Part shown: piece after piece, positions 40,433 through 52,963 of the stretch
Position numbering within the stretch: the first letter of the stretch is position 1
How the letters are laid out: each line of letters opens with the position of its first letter
Source: Lama guanicoe
Taxonomy: Eukaryota
DNA: 64,000 bases
Direction of reading: 5' to 3'
Assembly (NCBI GenBank): GCA_013239625.1
Contig: MU053934.1
Span: forward strand, 4,048,399 to 4,112,398
Notes under the pieces: model-generated
The model's database searches: none
Seen by the model: the letters and a program-made list of their open reading frames with translations, nothing else
Told to the model about the DNA's origin: nothing
Translations under genes and position numbers: made by a program

Positions 40433-41549
40433 CTAGGAAGTAATTAAAATATAATTAACATTAATAGAAGTGAATAACTTTGTACAAAAGAGTATATAAG
40501 TTAACATGGGATTTACACTGTTTGCAACTTTGGCCAATGTAACAAAGAATAATGATTCCTTTAGTTTCTAAACAGTGTGATATATTTTATATTATGAGCC
40601 AGTTATAAAATTATAAGTATTCTGTTGGCATAGTAGTAATTCAACAAAGAATGTCAGTATCTTTCACAATAGGAGATAGTCATAAATTTAGCTCTCCTAA
40701 AGAACAGAAGTAGAATTTAAATATTATTAACTTTCTTCCTATAAGAAATAATCACGAATATAACTTTGGCTATATAACTCACTTAAGTAAACTTTCAATT
40801 AATGCATGTCAAATTTTTTAATTTATTTTGTTTATAGGTAGTAGTAGTTAATACTAAGGACTTATTTTATATTAGGTACCTGCATTGTTTCATTTATTTT
40901 TCAAAATAACCCTAAATTTGGCACTATCATTCCTATTTTACTGGTAGGGAAAATCTGAAAAGGTGAAGCTACTTGCCCAAGGTCACACAGCTATAAATGG
41001 TAGAGCCAAGGCTGGAGCTGATATTTTGATTCCAGAATCTGCTTATTAACCACTTTTCCATGCTCCTTCTATTTAGGTCAAAGAAATGCAGTGTAATATC
41101 TTTGGACAAAAGGAGGTTATTTTTGCTTATTTTGTTTTAGAAACATTTATTTTAAGTCTTTTTTAGGTCTAACCTTATACTATGGAAAGTAAGAGGTTCT
41201 AGGTGATGATAGATTCTGCGATATTCTTATAAATAGGATATAGAATAGACGGAACAGGAAAAATCGAGACCATTAATGAATGCCTCCTTCCACTAACACA
41301 TTCATATACCCATTTACCTCCTCCTTATTTCATTCAGGTGTTCGGAGTGCAGCACATACATCACCTAAAGCATCACATATTCAAAGGCACAGCTCTGGTT
41401 ACATAAATATAACCTCTCTGAGTTTTAGTTTCCTTGCAAATTTATTCAGATTACATGAGATTATGTAAAGTACCAGGCACAAAGTGGATTAGTAAGTGAT
41501 AGCTATGATTATTATTATTACTGTAATCATTGTTATTATATATCCTTAC

Positions 41550-41591
41550 CACAGAGGGTATGAGAGAGTTGGGTTTTTCCAGTTCGAAATT
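41550..41591 (-). CDS. DMC1: DMC1 exon 7 (EFRTGKTQLSHTLC; Walker A)
   Basis: Manual translation; CAG and GTAAGG; 42 nt. Confidence 0.96.
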
Positions 41592-42588
41592 CTGTGAAAC
41601 ACAGAAAAAAAATACAGTTAATTTTTAGATATTTTCATAAAGAATAAATATGACTTCACAGTACGGTTTTCTTTTCCAACTGTCAAATCTCACATATAAA
41701 GCACCTCTGTGTTATGAGTGGATTCTACATACATGAACACCAGTAGTAAGAACACTTTTTAAAAGTTTTTTCTTCAGAACTGTCCTGTAGATAAAAATTA
41801 ATTTAAACCAAAATTTCCCTGGGAATAGTCACATAAATAAAAATTTAAGGCTCCACTATAGGAAGGAGAGCCTGGGGTTCTCCCACTGACCTGAGATCCT
41901 CAAGCGGGACTCCAGGGGTTCCTCAGGTATCTCCTAGCTACCAACAAAAGCAAATTCTCTCCAGAGGAAAACTTCCCCACTCACCAGTTTAGGCCCATTA
42001 AACTCCAACAGATTAAAATCAAGAAACAAGCTCACAAATACCAATAAAAACACAAGAGGTAAGCCATTAAGACTGAGAATCAACAGAAATAAACACAGAT
42101 TTATTTCTCCAAGTCAACAGAAACATCAATACTAAAAACAAAACAAAAAACAGTTTTAGTTCTCTGAGGACTACAAATACTGGAATTGTCCGGAATAGTA
42201 TGTAATATAGTTATGCATGAACTTTTTTTTTAATAGGGGATATAATCAGGGAAGAGAAAATCTATTCTCTATGTCCCTGAAATGTGCATTTCATAGAAAT
42301 AAGATTAGTCTCATTATACAACCACCTTTTGAAGGTATGAGAGAAAAAATTTCTATTCTCTTCTATAGAAATCAGAGACAAAAGGATGAAAAATGTCAAT
42401 AAGACTCATCTGTTAATAATCTTAGAATATATTTCAATTGCAGCCCAGAATGGTCCTGTATTATGATAATTGACACTTGATCATAAGTTCCAAAATAGAT
42501 ACAATTTACTATTAGTTGTTTATTTAATGATATATGGGTATATATATACATATTTTCTCACATAACAAAATATTAAGGTAATGCCTAC

Positions 42589-42641
42589 CTCCAAAAGCTT
42601 CTGTGATTGCCATGCTTTCAATTCCACCTCCTAGCAATTTA
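42589..42641 (-). CDS. DMC1: DMC1 exon 6 (KLLGGGIESMAITEAFG)
   Basis: Manual translation; TAG and GTAGG; 53 nt. Confidence 0.96.
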
Positions 42642-44729
42642 CTAGAAATAGAAAGTAAGCTTTAGTGACAGGAACAGAACTAGATATCAAGAAAGGAGAA
42701 AGTGTCAATATCATTAGTATCTCTTCTGTCTACCTACCTATAAATCTCTATCTATCCAACATAGACAGGAATTCTTGGCTGAACAAATGGCCTCCCAACT
42801 GTTTAGATCACAGGCTATACTGTGTATAGGCAGGTGGATCAACAAAACAATTTATAAGCCATGCTGTTCTTATTCCTGTTTACCAACAGGAAAAGGGCTA
42901 TGCAGGCCTTAGATCCCATTATTCTTTAGAACTGAATTAGAGTTCAAATAAATGGTTCCAGTTATTAATTGGGCTTTTCATATTGTGCTGGGACTAAGTT
43001 TCTAAAAGTCAACTGAATATCCATTTTTTTTAAATGTGCCGAGAATCATGAAAAACAAATATTAGGAGAATCCAGCGATTGTCATCATGATTGGCTTATC
43101 TCACACAAACCAAATTCTATGAGGAACATATCAAGAATAGAAAATATTCAAAGATGTGATGGGTAATGATAGCAGTTAGAAGAATAACTGTCAGATTTTG
43201 ACAGCATAAACTTAATTGGTAACTCAGTGATTTAGTGCACTTAATACATATTCTTGATTTGAAAAGACCTAAAGTTAAGTTTTTCATTCATTCATTAAAT
43301 GCAACAAATATTAATTATGGTAATTGTGCTAGAATTTGGTAGGAGCACTTTAAAAATCTTTGTAGTTTATATTAGCATGACTTTTAGGACATGATCACAG
43401 ATCAGACAATGTTTTAAGAGATATGCATAATCTAATACATTTATATTTACATAGTTTAAGAGAGAAATTTAAATGTAAATTGAAGCAATGTTGGAAGTTA
43501 TGCACAAATTTAGTGAGGGCTAGGACTTTGATGAGGAAAAGAAAGACTTAGATACTGACCTGCATAAACTGAACCTAAAGGACATAGTGGAGAGATCACC
43601 TCATGTGGAGGCCATGTACTTAGAGATTCGTAAGCCTACCACCTATTAAAGAGAGCTTTCCTTGTCCCTCCTTATCTTGAGAAAAATCACCCTGAGAGGC
43701 TATAGCTCTGGAAAATCTCAGACAAAACATCTGGTTGACATACTGAAAAGGTGATCCCCAAATTTAACTGAAAGGGTACCCCTAGTTATTTGGGATAACA
43801 TAGTTGTTCCCTTTTTGAAACTCAGGAAAATTTAGAATTAGGCATAGAAATAGTGTTTTTAAATCTAAGAAGACTTAAAAATACAGAAATCAAACCCACA
43901 GATTACTATTTTCATATTAAATTTGGGAATGATCTCTGCATATTTGGTATTTAAAGAACTTTCAAAGTTTAAGAGAATTTGACATTTTTACAATAACAGA
44001 TTAGCCTCTGATTGATACAGACCTGCAGTTCCTAAGTTGATAACTAAGTTTATACACAGTATTTGAACATTTAAGAGTGCCTAAGACTAACTATTCTTGT
44101 AAGTTTAATTTATTAGATTTATAAGACATTTAGGTAATTGGGAAGATTTTAATAATTATATAAGTAAAACTCTTAAAGGAAATATAGTAAGCTTATAAAT
44201 ATAATTTAAAATGTTTAAGGGAATTTAGTTAACCATATTAGAAAAGCTCCCTTAAAATTTGCTAAATTTATAAATGGACTTGCAGCTTAAGAAAAATATA
44301 ACATTTAAATAAATCAAATATTAATTTTTAAAAACCTGAGTAATCTTTTACGTACCCAAAACCCAACATCAGGGACACCAGAAAACTCACTATGATAGTA
44401 ATAATTTCTCTAAGTTCAATAGTTCTTAAAACATGATGTGGTGGAGTAACTGGAGAATATCAAGTTGTCATTTGAATCAAGTTGTTTCGATCAACCTGAT
44501 TTTGACCAATTTGCCTTGGAGTAGAATTTCCCAAAGACTCTTCCTTAGCTGTTACTTGAAAAAAGGTTCTGTGATTTTAAAAATTTAGGCAATAGTAGGT
44601 TAAAGAGGTGTTTTATTTCACTGCAGGAAATCAGACCCATTAATAGATTAGTGTGCCTATTAAATGTAGGACTCTCCAAGAGGAATATATAGTATAGCAC
44701 ACTTCCCCAACTTATTTTATTCACTATTT

Positions 44730-45470
44730 GTTTATTCATTCAATTAGTCATTCAATAAATATTTACTGAGCACTTGGTTTATGCTAGAGATTGCTCCATG
44801 CACTTAGAGTAAAACAGTGAACAAAAGAGACAGAAATCCACTACTTGTGGAGCTTACATTCTATAACAGAACAGACAATAAACATAAGTAAGTAAAATAT
44901 GTGGTATGTCAGATGTTATTAAATGGTATGGATACAAATTAAATCCGGAAAGGGGATAAGATGTGCAGAGGATGAAAGTGGGGATTTTTCAAATAAAGTG
45001 ATCAGAGAAGGCCTTACTGAGAAGTAGACATTTTAGCAAAGACATGAAAAATTTGACAGCAAGCCATGTACATAACGAGAAAAGAGTGTTCTGGCAGAGG
45101 GAATGCTAAGTTCAAAGGCCCTGAGGCAGGAGTGTATCTGGCATGTCCTAAGAATAGCAAAGAAGTTACTGTGGTTGGTACATAGTAAACCAGAAGAAGA
45201 ATAAAAGAATAAAATGAGCGTGGATGTGAGATTGGAGAGGACTATGGCTTTTGCTCTGAGTGAGATGCGGAGTCATTAGGGTTTTTTGGGCAGAGGAGTG
45301 TTATGATCTGACCTATGTTTTAAAAGGATTATATTGGCTCCTATGTGAACAATAAATGGTAGGGACATTGTCTGAAGGAGAGAGGTTAGTTAGAAGTTAT
45401 TATAATAACCCAGAAGGGATATTAATGGGTGGTTTAGACCAGTGAGGTAACAGTGGAGAACGTAGAGAAA
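44730..45470 (-). mobile_element. L2 3' region, probably resuming near 46990-47160 after nested insertions
   Basis: tcattcaataaatatttactgagcac...gagaaggccttactgag...aaaggccctgaggcaggag...ttttaaaaggat. Confidence 0.8.
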
Positions 45471-45860
45471 AATAATTGAATTCACATTTCCTCTCTTTCT
45501 CTGTATGTGTGTGTGTATATATATACACACACACAAATATGTATTTGTATATAGAATAAGAAATAGAAAAGAATACAAACTTTTATTATGGAAAATTTCA
45601 AACATAAACAAACATAGACAAAAACAGTATAATAATAAACCATTATGTACCTACCACTCAGCTTCAACAATTATCAACTATGGTCAGCTCTTTTCATATA
45701 ACCTTCAACCACTTCCCTCCCTTTTCATATTACTTTAAGCAGTACTAGGCAACATTCATTTCATCCTAAATATTTCAATAGGTATCTCTACAAAATAAAG
45801 ACTCTTATTTTTAACATATGCACATTACCATTATCACATCTTAAAAATTAGTAATTTCTT

Positions 45861-46756
45861 TTTTTAAATTTGACTTTTTATTGATTTTTTAACATTTTTT
45901 ATTAATTTATAATAATTTTACAATGTTGTGTCAAATTCCAGTGTAGAGCACAATTTTTCAATTAAACATGAACATATGTATATTCATTGTCACATTTTTT
46001 TCCTCTGTGAGCTACCATTAAGATCTTGTATATATTTCCCTGTGCTATAAAGTATAATCTTGTTTATCTCTTCTACATTTTGAAATCCCAGTCTATCCCT
46101 TCCCACCCCCCACCCCCTTGGAAACCACAAGTTTGTATTCTATGTCTATAAGTTTGTTTCTGTTTTGTATTTATGTTTTGTTTGTTTGTTTGTTTTAGTT
46201 TTTTTTAGATTCCACATATGCGCAATCTCATGTGGTATTTTTCTTTCTCTTTCTGGCTTACTTCACTTAGAATGACATTCTCCAGGAGCATCCATGTTGC
46301 TGCAAATGGCGTTGTCAGTTTTTATGGCTGAATAGTATTCCATTGTATAAATAAACCACATCTTCTTTATCCGGTCATCTGTTGATGGACATCTGGGCTG
46401 TTTCCATGTCTTGGCTATTGTAAATAGTGCTGCTATGAACATTGGGGTGCAGGTGTCATTTTGGAGTAGGGTTCCTTTTGGATATATGCCGAGGAGTGGG
46501 ATTCCTGGGTCATATGGTAAGTCTATTCCTAGTCTTTTGAGGAATCTTCATACTGTTTTCCACAGTGGCTGCACCAAACTACATTCCCACCAGCAATGTA
46601 GGAGGGTTCCCTTTTCTCCACAGCCTCTCCAGTATTTTTCATTTGTGGATTTTTGAATGATGGCCATTCTGACTGGTGTGAGGTGATAACTCATTGTTGT
46701 TTTGATTTGCATTTCTCTGATAATTAGTGATATTGAGCTTTTCACGTGCCCATTGA
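45861..46756 (-). mobile_element. Relatively young 5'-truncated L1 with 19-bp TSD TAAAAATTAGTAATT(T/C)CTT
   Basis: ORF 46548..46745 is the L1 ORF2 C-terminus; T-rich tail at left; TSD 45842-45860 and 46757-46775. Confidence 0.93.
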
Positions 46757-47163
46757 TAAAAATTAGTAATTCCTTAACATCAACTATCTAGTAAGCATTC
46801 AATTTTCTGTCTCATGTGTCATATTTTTTGTAGTGTGTTTGAATCAGGATCCAAATAAGATCCTCATATTAGGATTAAGTGACAAATCTTTTAAATCTCT
46901 TTTAATCTCTAGGTCTTCTCCCTGATTCCATCTGTTTATCCCTTGAAATTTATTTGTTGAAGAAACTGGGTGGTTTATTCTGACTAAACATATTTGAAGG
47001 TAGAGTAGACAGGATTTGTTAATGGATTCGAGTTAGGGTATGAGAGTGGGGAAAAAGGCACCAAGGATGACACGAAGGTTTCAGATCTGAGGATCTGGAA
47101 AAAGATCTGAGATGAGAAATTAGGAGGAGCAGATCTGGACCAAAGACCAGAAGTTTGGTTTTA

Positions 47164-48143
47164 CAGACATATGGATCAATGGGTCAGAATAGAGAGCCCA
47201 GAAATAAACCCACACACCTGCAGTCAATTAATCTTCAACAAAGGAGGCAAGAATATACAATGGAGAAAAGACAGTCTCTTTGACAACTGAGTTTGGGAAA
47301 GCTGGACATTCACATGTAAATCAATAAAATTGGAAGACTCCCTCACACCATACACAAAAATAAACTCAAAATGGCTTAAAGACTTAAACATAAGACAAGA
47401 CACCATAAACCTCCTAGAAGAAAACATAGGCAAAACATTCTCTGATATAAATCATAGCAATATTCTCAATAGGGCAGTCTACTGAGGCAACAGAAATAAA
47501 AGCAAAAATAAACAAATAGGATCTAATTAAACTTATACGCTTCTGCATAGCAAAGGAAACCATAAATACAATGAAAAGACAACCTATGGAATGGGAGAAA
47601 ATACTTGCAAACGATGCAACTGATAAGGGCTTAATTTCCAGAGTATACAAACAGCTCATACAACTCAATAACAAAAACAACCCAATCCAAAAATGGGCAG
47701 AAGACTTAAACAAACATTTCTCCAATGAAGACATACAAATGGTCAACAAGCACATGAAAAAATGCTCAATATCGCTAGTTATCAGAGAAATGCAAATCAA
47801 AACTACAATAAGGTATCATCTCACACCAGTCAGAATGTCCATCATTAAAAAGTCCACAAACAATAAAGGCTGGAGAGGATGTGGAAAAAAGGGAGCTCTC
47901 CTACACTGTTGGTGGGAATATAGTTTGGTGCAGCTATTATGGAAAACAATATGGAGATTACTTAAAAAATTGAAAATAGAATTACCATATGACCCAGCAA
48001 TCCCACTCCTAGGCATATATCTGAAGGAAACTCTAATTTAAAAGATACATGCACTCCAATGTTCATAGCAGCACTATTTGCAATAGCCAAGACATCGAAG
48101 CAACTTAAATGTCAATTAACAGATGAGTGGATAAAGGTGTGGG

Positions 48144-48181
<38 letters not shown>

Positions 48182-48610
48182 GTAATGGAATATTACTCAG
48201 CCATAGAAAATAATAAAATAATGCCATTAACAGCAACATGGATGGAACTGGGAGATTGTCATTCTAAGTGAAGTAAGCCAGAAAGAGAAAGAAAAGTAAC
48301 ATATGATATCACTTATATGTGGAATCTGAAAAAAAATGACATAAATGAACTTATTTACAAAATAGAAAAAGATTCACAGACATAGAAAACAAACTTACGA
48401 TTACCAAGAGGGAAGTGGGTAAAAAGGGATAAATTGGGAGTTCAAGATTTGCAGATACTAACTACTATATATAAAAAGATAAACAACAAGGTCCTACTGT
48501 ATAGCACAAGGAACTATATTCAGTACCCTGTAATAGCCTGTAATGAAAAAGAATATGAAAAGGAATATATGTACATACGTGTATAACTAAAACATTACGC
48601 TGTAGCTAAA
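47164..48610 (+). mobile_element. L1 fragment (ORF2 C-terminal part and most of 3'UTR)
   Basis: ORF 47571..48041 ([13 protein letters not shown]...CWWE...[12 protein letters not shown]) is the L1 ORF2 C-terminal domain. Confidence 0.95.
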
Positions 48611-48677
48611 AGAAGTTAAGTTTTAACTGTATGATATTGGCCATTATATATTGTTTAATGAAAATATCATAAATCTA

Positions 48678-48826
48678 GGGGGGAAGGTATAGCTCAAGTT
48701 GTAGAGCACATACTTAGCATGCACGAGGCCCTGGGTTCAATCCCCGGTACCTCCTCCAAAAAATAAATAAATAAGTAAAACTCATTACTTCCCCTCCCAA
48801 AAAAAGATGAATAAAAAAAGGCTTTT
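48678..48826 (+). mobile_element. Vic-1-like SINE with TSD AAAATATCAT(A/G)AAT
   Basis: A/B boxes and TSD read directly. Confidence 0.88.
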
Positions 48827-49196
48827 AAAAATATCATGAATTTTGCTGCATGATCTCATTTTGGGAATATAAAATGTACATATTTCTATATCCATGTATT
48901 TATATAGCTATGCATATAAATGACTGAAGATATGCAAATCAAAAAAAAAAGGAATCTAGTACTGCCTGGTACTGCTTATATTTTGGGTCTGAATTTCTTG
49001 TAAGAAATTTAATTCCACTTTTACAAGCAGTCTGGAATTTATTTGCTTCGGTTGACTTTTGAGGAAAAAAAAAAACTTCTTCAAAAGAAGCAGCTATTTC
49101 TACTATTTACGGTCAAAATAACAACCAGATAGAGGAAAAGAAATATAGTATTCCAAAGACTGTGCTTAGTGGTTATAAGAAATATGAGATACACAC

Positions 49197-49279
49197 TCAA
49201 ATTCCTGGCTCCCAGTGGTGATATGGAAAACCATCTTCCTCTTCTCACTATACTCAAATGCAGTCAAGAATCCTGGTTC
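49197..49279 (-). CDS. DMC1: DMC1 exon 5 (EPGFLTAFEYSEKRKMVFHITTGSQEFD)
   Basis: Manual translation; TAG and GTGTGT; 83 nt. Confidence 0.97.
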
Positions 49280-49419
49280 CTACAGAAAGACAAAAGGAAA
49301 GGTTCAAAAAGGGTATAAAATGATGGTTTTAATTTCAAATGCTGGCAAAAATTATATGCTTGATTATCAGGGTCATCATTTGATATAAGCCACAGCTAAT
49401 CTGTGTTTGAAGGCTGCAC

Positions 49420-49640
49420 AAGATCATGGTTAAGAACATACGGTCTGGAGCCACCCTACCAGCGTTCAAAATATGTCTCTAATAATTATTTGCCGTGTGA
49501 TCTTGGGTAAACTACTTAATCTTGCTGTACTTCAGCTTCATCTTTGGGTCAAATGGGGATAATAATAGTGTCTCTCTCATAGGGTAGCTGTAAAGATTAA
49601 ATGAGATATATTTGTGGCATAAAGCAGAATGGTACATTAC
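49420..49640. mobile_element. MIR SINE
   Basis: tgtgatcttgggtaaactacttaatc...aaatggggataataatag...aagattaaatgagata. Confidence 0.75.
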
Positions 49641-51220
49641 TAAGTGATTCAGTTGATTTCATTCAGGAGCATCATTTTCCCTCAGCTCTAGAGGTTGCAA
49701 GGAGCACAGAAATTCTAGTTTTCATTATTCATGAGATGATATTTTTTACATTAGATATACTACATATTTGATGAATTAATGAGCTACAGTTGATGCACTG
49801 TTGTAACTAGTGAAAATAGGCCCTGATGTCATCTAATGTATTTCCCTCTTTGTTGTTTTAAAGTATGAGACTGGTTCTCAAACTTTAGATAACTTGAGGA
49901 GGGAAAAGCTCATGCCCAATTCTACTTCAATGAGCCCGGGCCTCTGTTCTTTATTCACCCCTCCAGGTGATTCTAATATATACCACCGTACTATGAAATC
50001 AACTTCCTGTCTCTCTCTCGCTTTCTCTCTCTGTCTCTTTCTCTCTTTCTCTATCCCTATGTCTCAATCTCTTTCTTTACAAACAGCTCTAGTTAAGAAA
50101 GAATAAGACTCTTATTCTCTTACTCTTATGCAGGAGTGGGTGCATGAGGAGAGAAGTTCTTTTCTTTGGAAAGTAATACCAAAGAAAAGAAGACTAATGC
50201 CTAGGAGCTATAAAGTTAGCAGTTTCCCAAACCCTGGGTACTGCGCGAGGGCTTCCTTAGACACTCTGGTAGTTTTGGATTTGACTTGTGGGTATACCGG
50301 CTGTAGAAGGTAGAGCAACTGAGCTGGGTGCTCAGAGCAGTTCAGCTGGGTCCTCTCCAAGTTCAGGACCACACTGCAATGTGCATTACTCTCATGCTTT
50401 GACTGCCTCTGGGGAAGGAAACCAGATGGCTGTCAGTGAAGAGAGCATCTGTGACTCAGTGGGAATGAGACCACCACATACACATGTAGAACTGGGGAGG
50501 CCTGCTCTTCTATAAAGAGAGACTTGGTGACTACTTTCTGCACATTCATTTCCAGAGCTGGTGCCTCTAGTGGACCCCAAAAGCTCTACTCAAAAGCTTG
50601 GGTCAAAGGCATGTATTTTTGCTTGGAGCCTGTCAGCTGCGCAGGCCTCTCATAGTCTGTGGGCTCAGCTACAAGGTATGGGTTTCGCTTAGTTTTAAGG
50701 TCAGGCGCTTCAGTGAACACTCTTCTTCACATCTATCTTAACTGCTCACATGTAGACCCAAACACTGCTGGTCTTTTTCTAATGCAATGCTCTCCTTTCA
50801 AATACCTATACCAGGAGAGAGCAACTTCTTTGGTGCCAAGCGCTTCATAACAGCCATAGATATAATGTTTGAGGAGGCAAGACAAAATAAGAAGGAGGAA
50901 GTTAAAAAATATTAAAAGGAGAAGGAAAGGCAGAGAAACAGAAAGGGAAAAAAATAATATAAATGGAGGCAGAAAGAAAAGTTTTGATAAAAATAATCAC
51001 CTTCATAGTGTTCCAGGTCTCTTAACCCCAGTCTCATTCTTTTAGAAATTAACTGCTTTGAAACTGAAGTGATAAAACATTAACATGGGGTATATAATAC
51101 ATTGTAATCTACAGAAACTCAGAGTTCTCACAATAGTTTCTAGTGTATGTAATAAGAAAGGCTACAGAGATTCACAGGGCCCTTCTAAGCTAAAAAAAAA
51201 AAAGAATGGATTTTGCTTAC

Positions 51221-51367
51221 AATAAGTTTGTTAGCTGCCTCTTTAATCTTGTCCACTTTTGCTTCTGAGAGCCCTTTGACATTGCATAGGGCTCTTCTTG
51301 TTGTCATCTGTATCCCTTTGATGGTACAGATGCCTACTGACTTCAGTTTCTTAATGTCAGCCACATT
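51221..51367 (-). CDS. DMC1: DMC1 exon 4 (NVADIKKLKSVGICTIKGIQMTTRRALCNVKGLSEAKVDKIKEAANKLI)
   Basis: Manual translation; CAG and GTAAG; 147 nt. Confidence 0.97.
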
Positions 51368-52025
51368 CTGTAAGTAAAAGAATGAGTGCAGCAGATTGAG
51401 AAAATGCCAGCCTGAAAGGCTCCCATACTATGTCATGTGCTTTTGTGTCCATCTACTTCCATCATGATGCCAATTTTATACAAGCAGCCAGGTGGAACCC
51501 ACCCACCATGTAGCCAAATGTTCTCGAAATATCTGAGTAGAACATACCCAGCATGCTGCCAAATGTTCTGGCTGTGCCCTGATTTCCCAAGAATGTTAGT
51601 GAGACCATGGCAATGTAACAAGAAATTCAAAAGAAAAGTCTGCTGGTAGAAAAGCTAACAAATTTATCACACATTCACCCCCTCAAGTTCAGCTTCTTCC
51701 TTCTATAGAACTTCATTACCAATATGTTCTCTTAAATTTTTTAAAGATTTTTTTTCTTTACCCTTGGAAAATGCAAATAACTACATCACCAAAGGACTAG
51801 GATTTTCTCTTGCTCCAATTTTCTAAATCCAACTGAAAGAGATTAAATGTAAGGGTTTCAAAAGGTAACATCAGAGAAGTTTTACTATCAGATGATTGTT
51901 ATTGAAATTCATCTAGTTTGTTAAAGTGTAGATTTCTGTCAACATCATTTACTCTAATCACATGACACAAGATGGATTTTCTATTGATGAAAACAGTAGG
52001 TAGCTCTGAATGCCTCCAGCTGGAC

Positions 52026-52240
52026 CAATGGTTTTCAACTGGGGGCAATTCTGCCCCCAGGGGACACTTGACAATATCTGGAGAAAATTTTGGTTGTCAC
52101 AACTAGAGAGGTGTTACTGGCATATAGTGAGTGGTTAGGAGCCAGGGATGCTGCTAAACACCCTACAATGCACAGGACGGCCCCCGACAAAGAATTGCCC
52201 AGTCCCAAATGCCATTAGAGTCAAGGCTGAAAAACTCTGA
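52026..52240 (+). mobile_element. MER20 (hAT-Charlie), near full length
   Basis: caatggttttcaactgggggcaattctgcccccaggggacac...gccagggatgctgctaaacaccctacaatgcacaggac. Confidence 0.9.
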
Positions 52241-52278
52241 ATTGGACAATTTCACACAGCATTGGAAAAAATACTTAC

Positions 52279-52323
52279 AATCCCATGTTTTTGTAACAGG
52301 TCAATGTCTTGAAACAAAGATTC
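52279..52323 (-). CDS. DMC1: DMC1 exon 3 (ESLFQDIDLLQKHGI)
   Basis: Manual translation; TAG and GTAAG; 45 nt. Confidence 0.96.
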
Positions 52324-52912
52324 CTAAAGGAGATGGAACAAAAAAAAATGGAGTGTTGATTCTTCATATCCAACTGTTTCACATATTTTAACGAGTTAAT
52401 TCAGTATTATGAGTCACTCCAAAATGCCTCAAATTCCACTTCTCTAGACAGACTGAGGTAGGATCAATAATTCTTTTTCAAACACATTTTTCCATACTTA
52501 GAAGTGCCAACATTGAAAGGGCTGGCCTTACTTTTGTCATGGCCTCTCCAAATTTTTAAGACCTTATCCCAAAAGAGTGGACCAACATTTAATCTATTTT
52601 AAAATATGAATTCTCAATATACTTCCCCACCAGACCTTGAAATCCTTCCTCTGCTATTCAGTACCAGGATGCATAGGTACCAGTATGGCCATACCAGTTG
52701 TTAAATTATTAAAATACTTTTATGCCAGCTGCTAAGTAGCTAATCTTAGCATCCTTTGCCAAACAAGTTGTTACATATTTGTAATATTGCCTCTGTCCAG
52801 AGCCATGTTTTATTTCTAATCTCAGTTTCTAAACATAGTAGTTAACAAAGAAGGAACTTCATTTTTGTAGAATGACTGAATGTCTGCCTATCTTTCAACA
52901 TTCTAGTCATAC

Positions 52913-52963
52913 TTCTTCATCTTGAAATCCTGGTTCTTCCATTACAACTTGATCCTCCTTCAT
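52913..52963 (-). CDS. DMC1: DMC1 exon 2 coding part (MKEDQVVMEEPGFQDEE); exon probably starts at 52996
   Basis: ATG 52963-52961; GTATG donor; upstream acceptor ttttccag at 52998-52997. Confidence 0.96.

Noticed and set aside
45503..45535. (TG)n(TA)n(CA)n hairpin as a miRNA precursor
   Set aside because: Simple-repeat self-complementarity inside a TE stack
47571..48041. 156-aa ORF (and ORFs at 31548, 46411, 46548, 47414) as host genes
   Set aside because: L1 ORF2 C-terminal remnants or their antisense frames
50561..50575. CTCF-like motifs at ~50561 and ~56767
   Set aside because: Each is one base short of the core spacing; not supportable without a PWM scan
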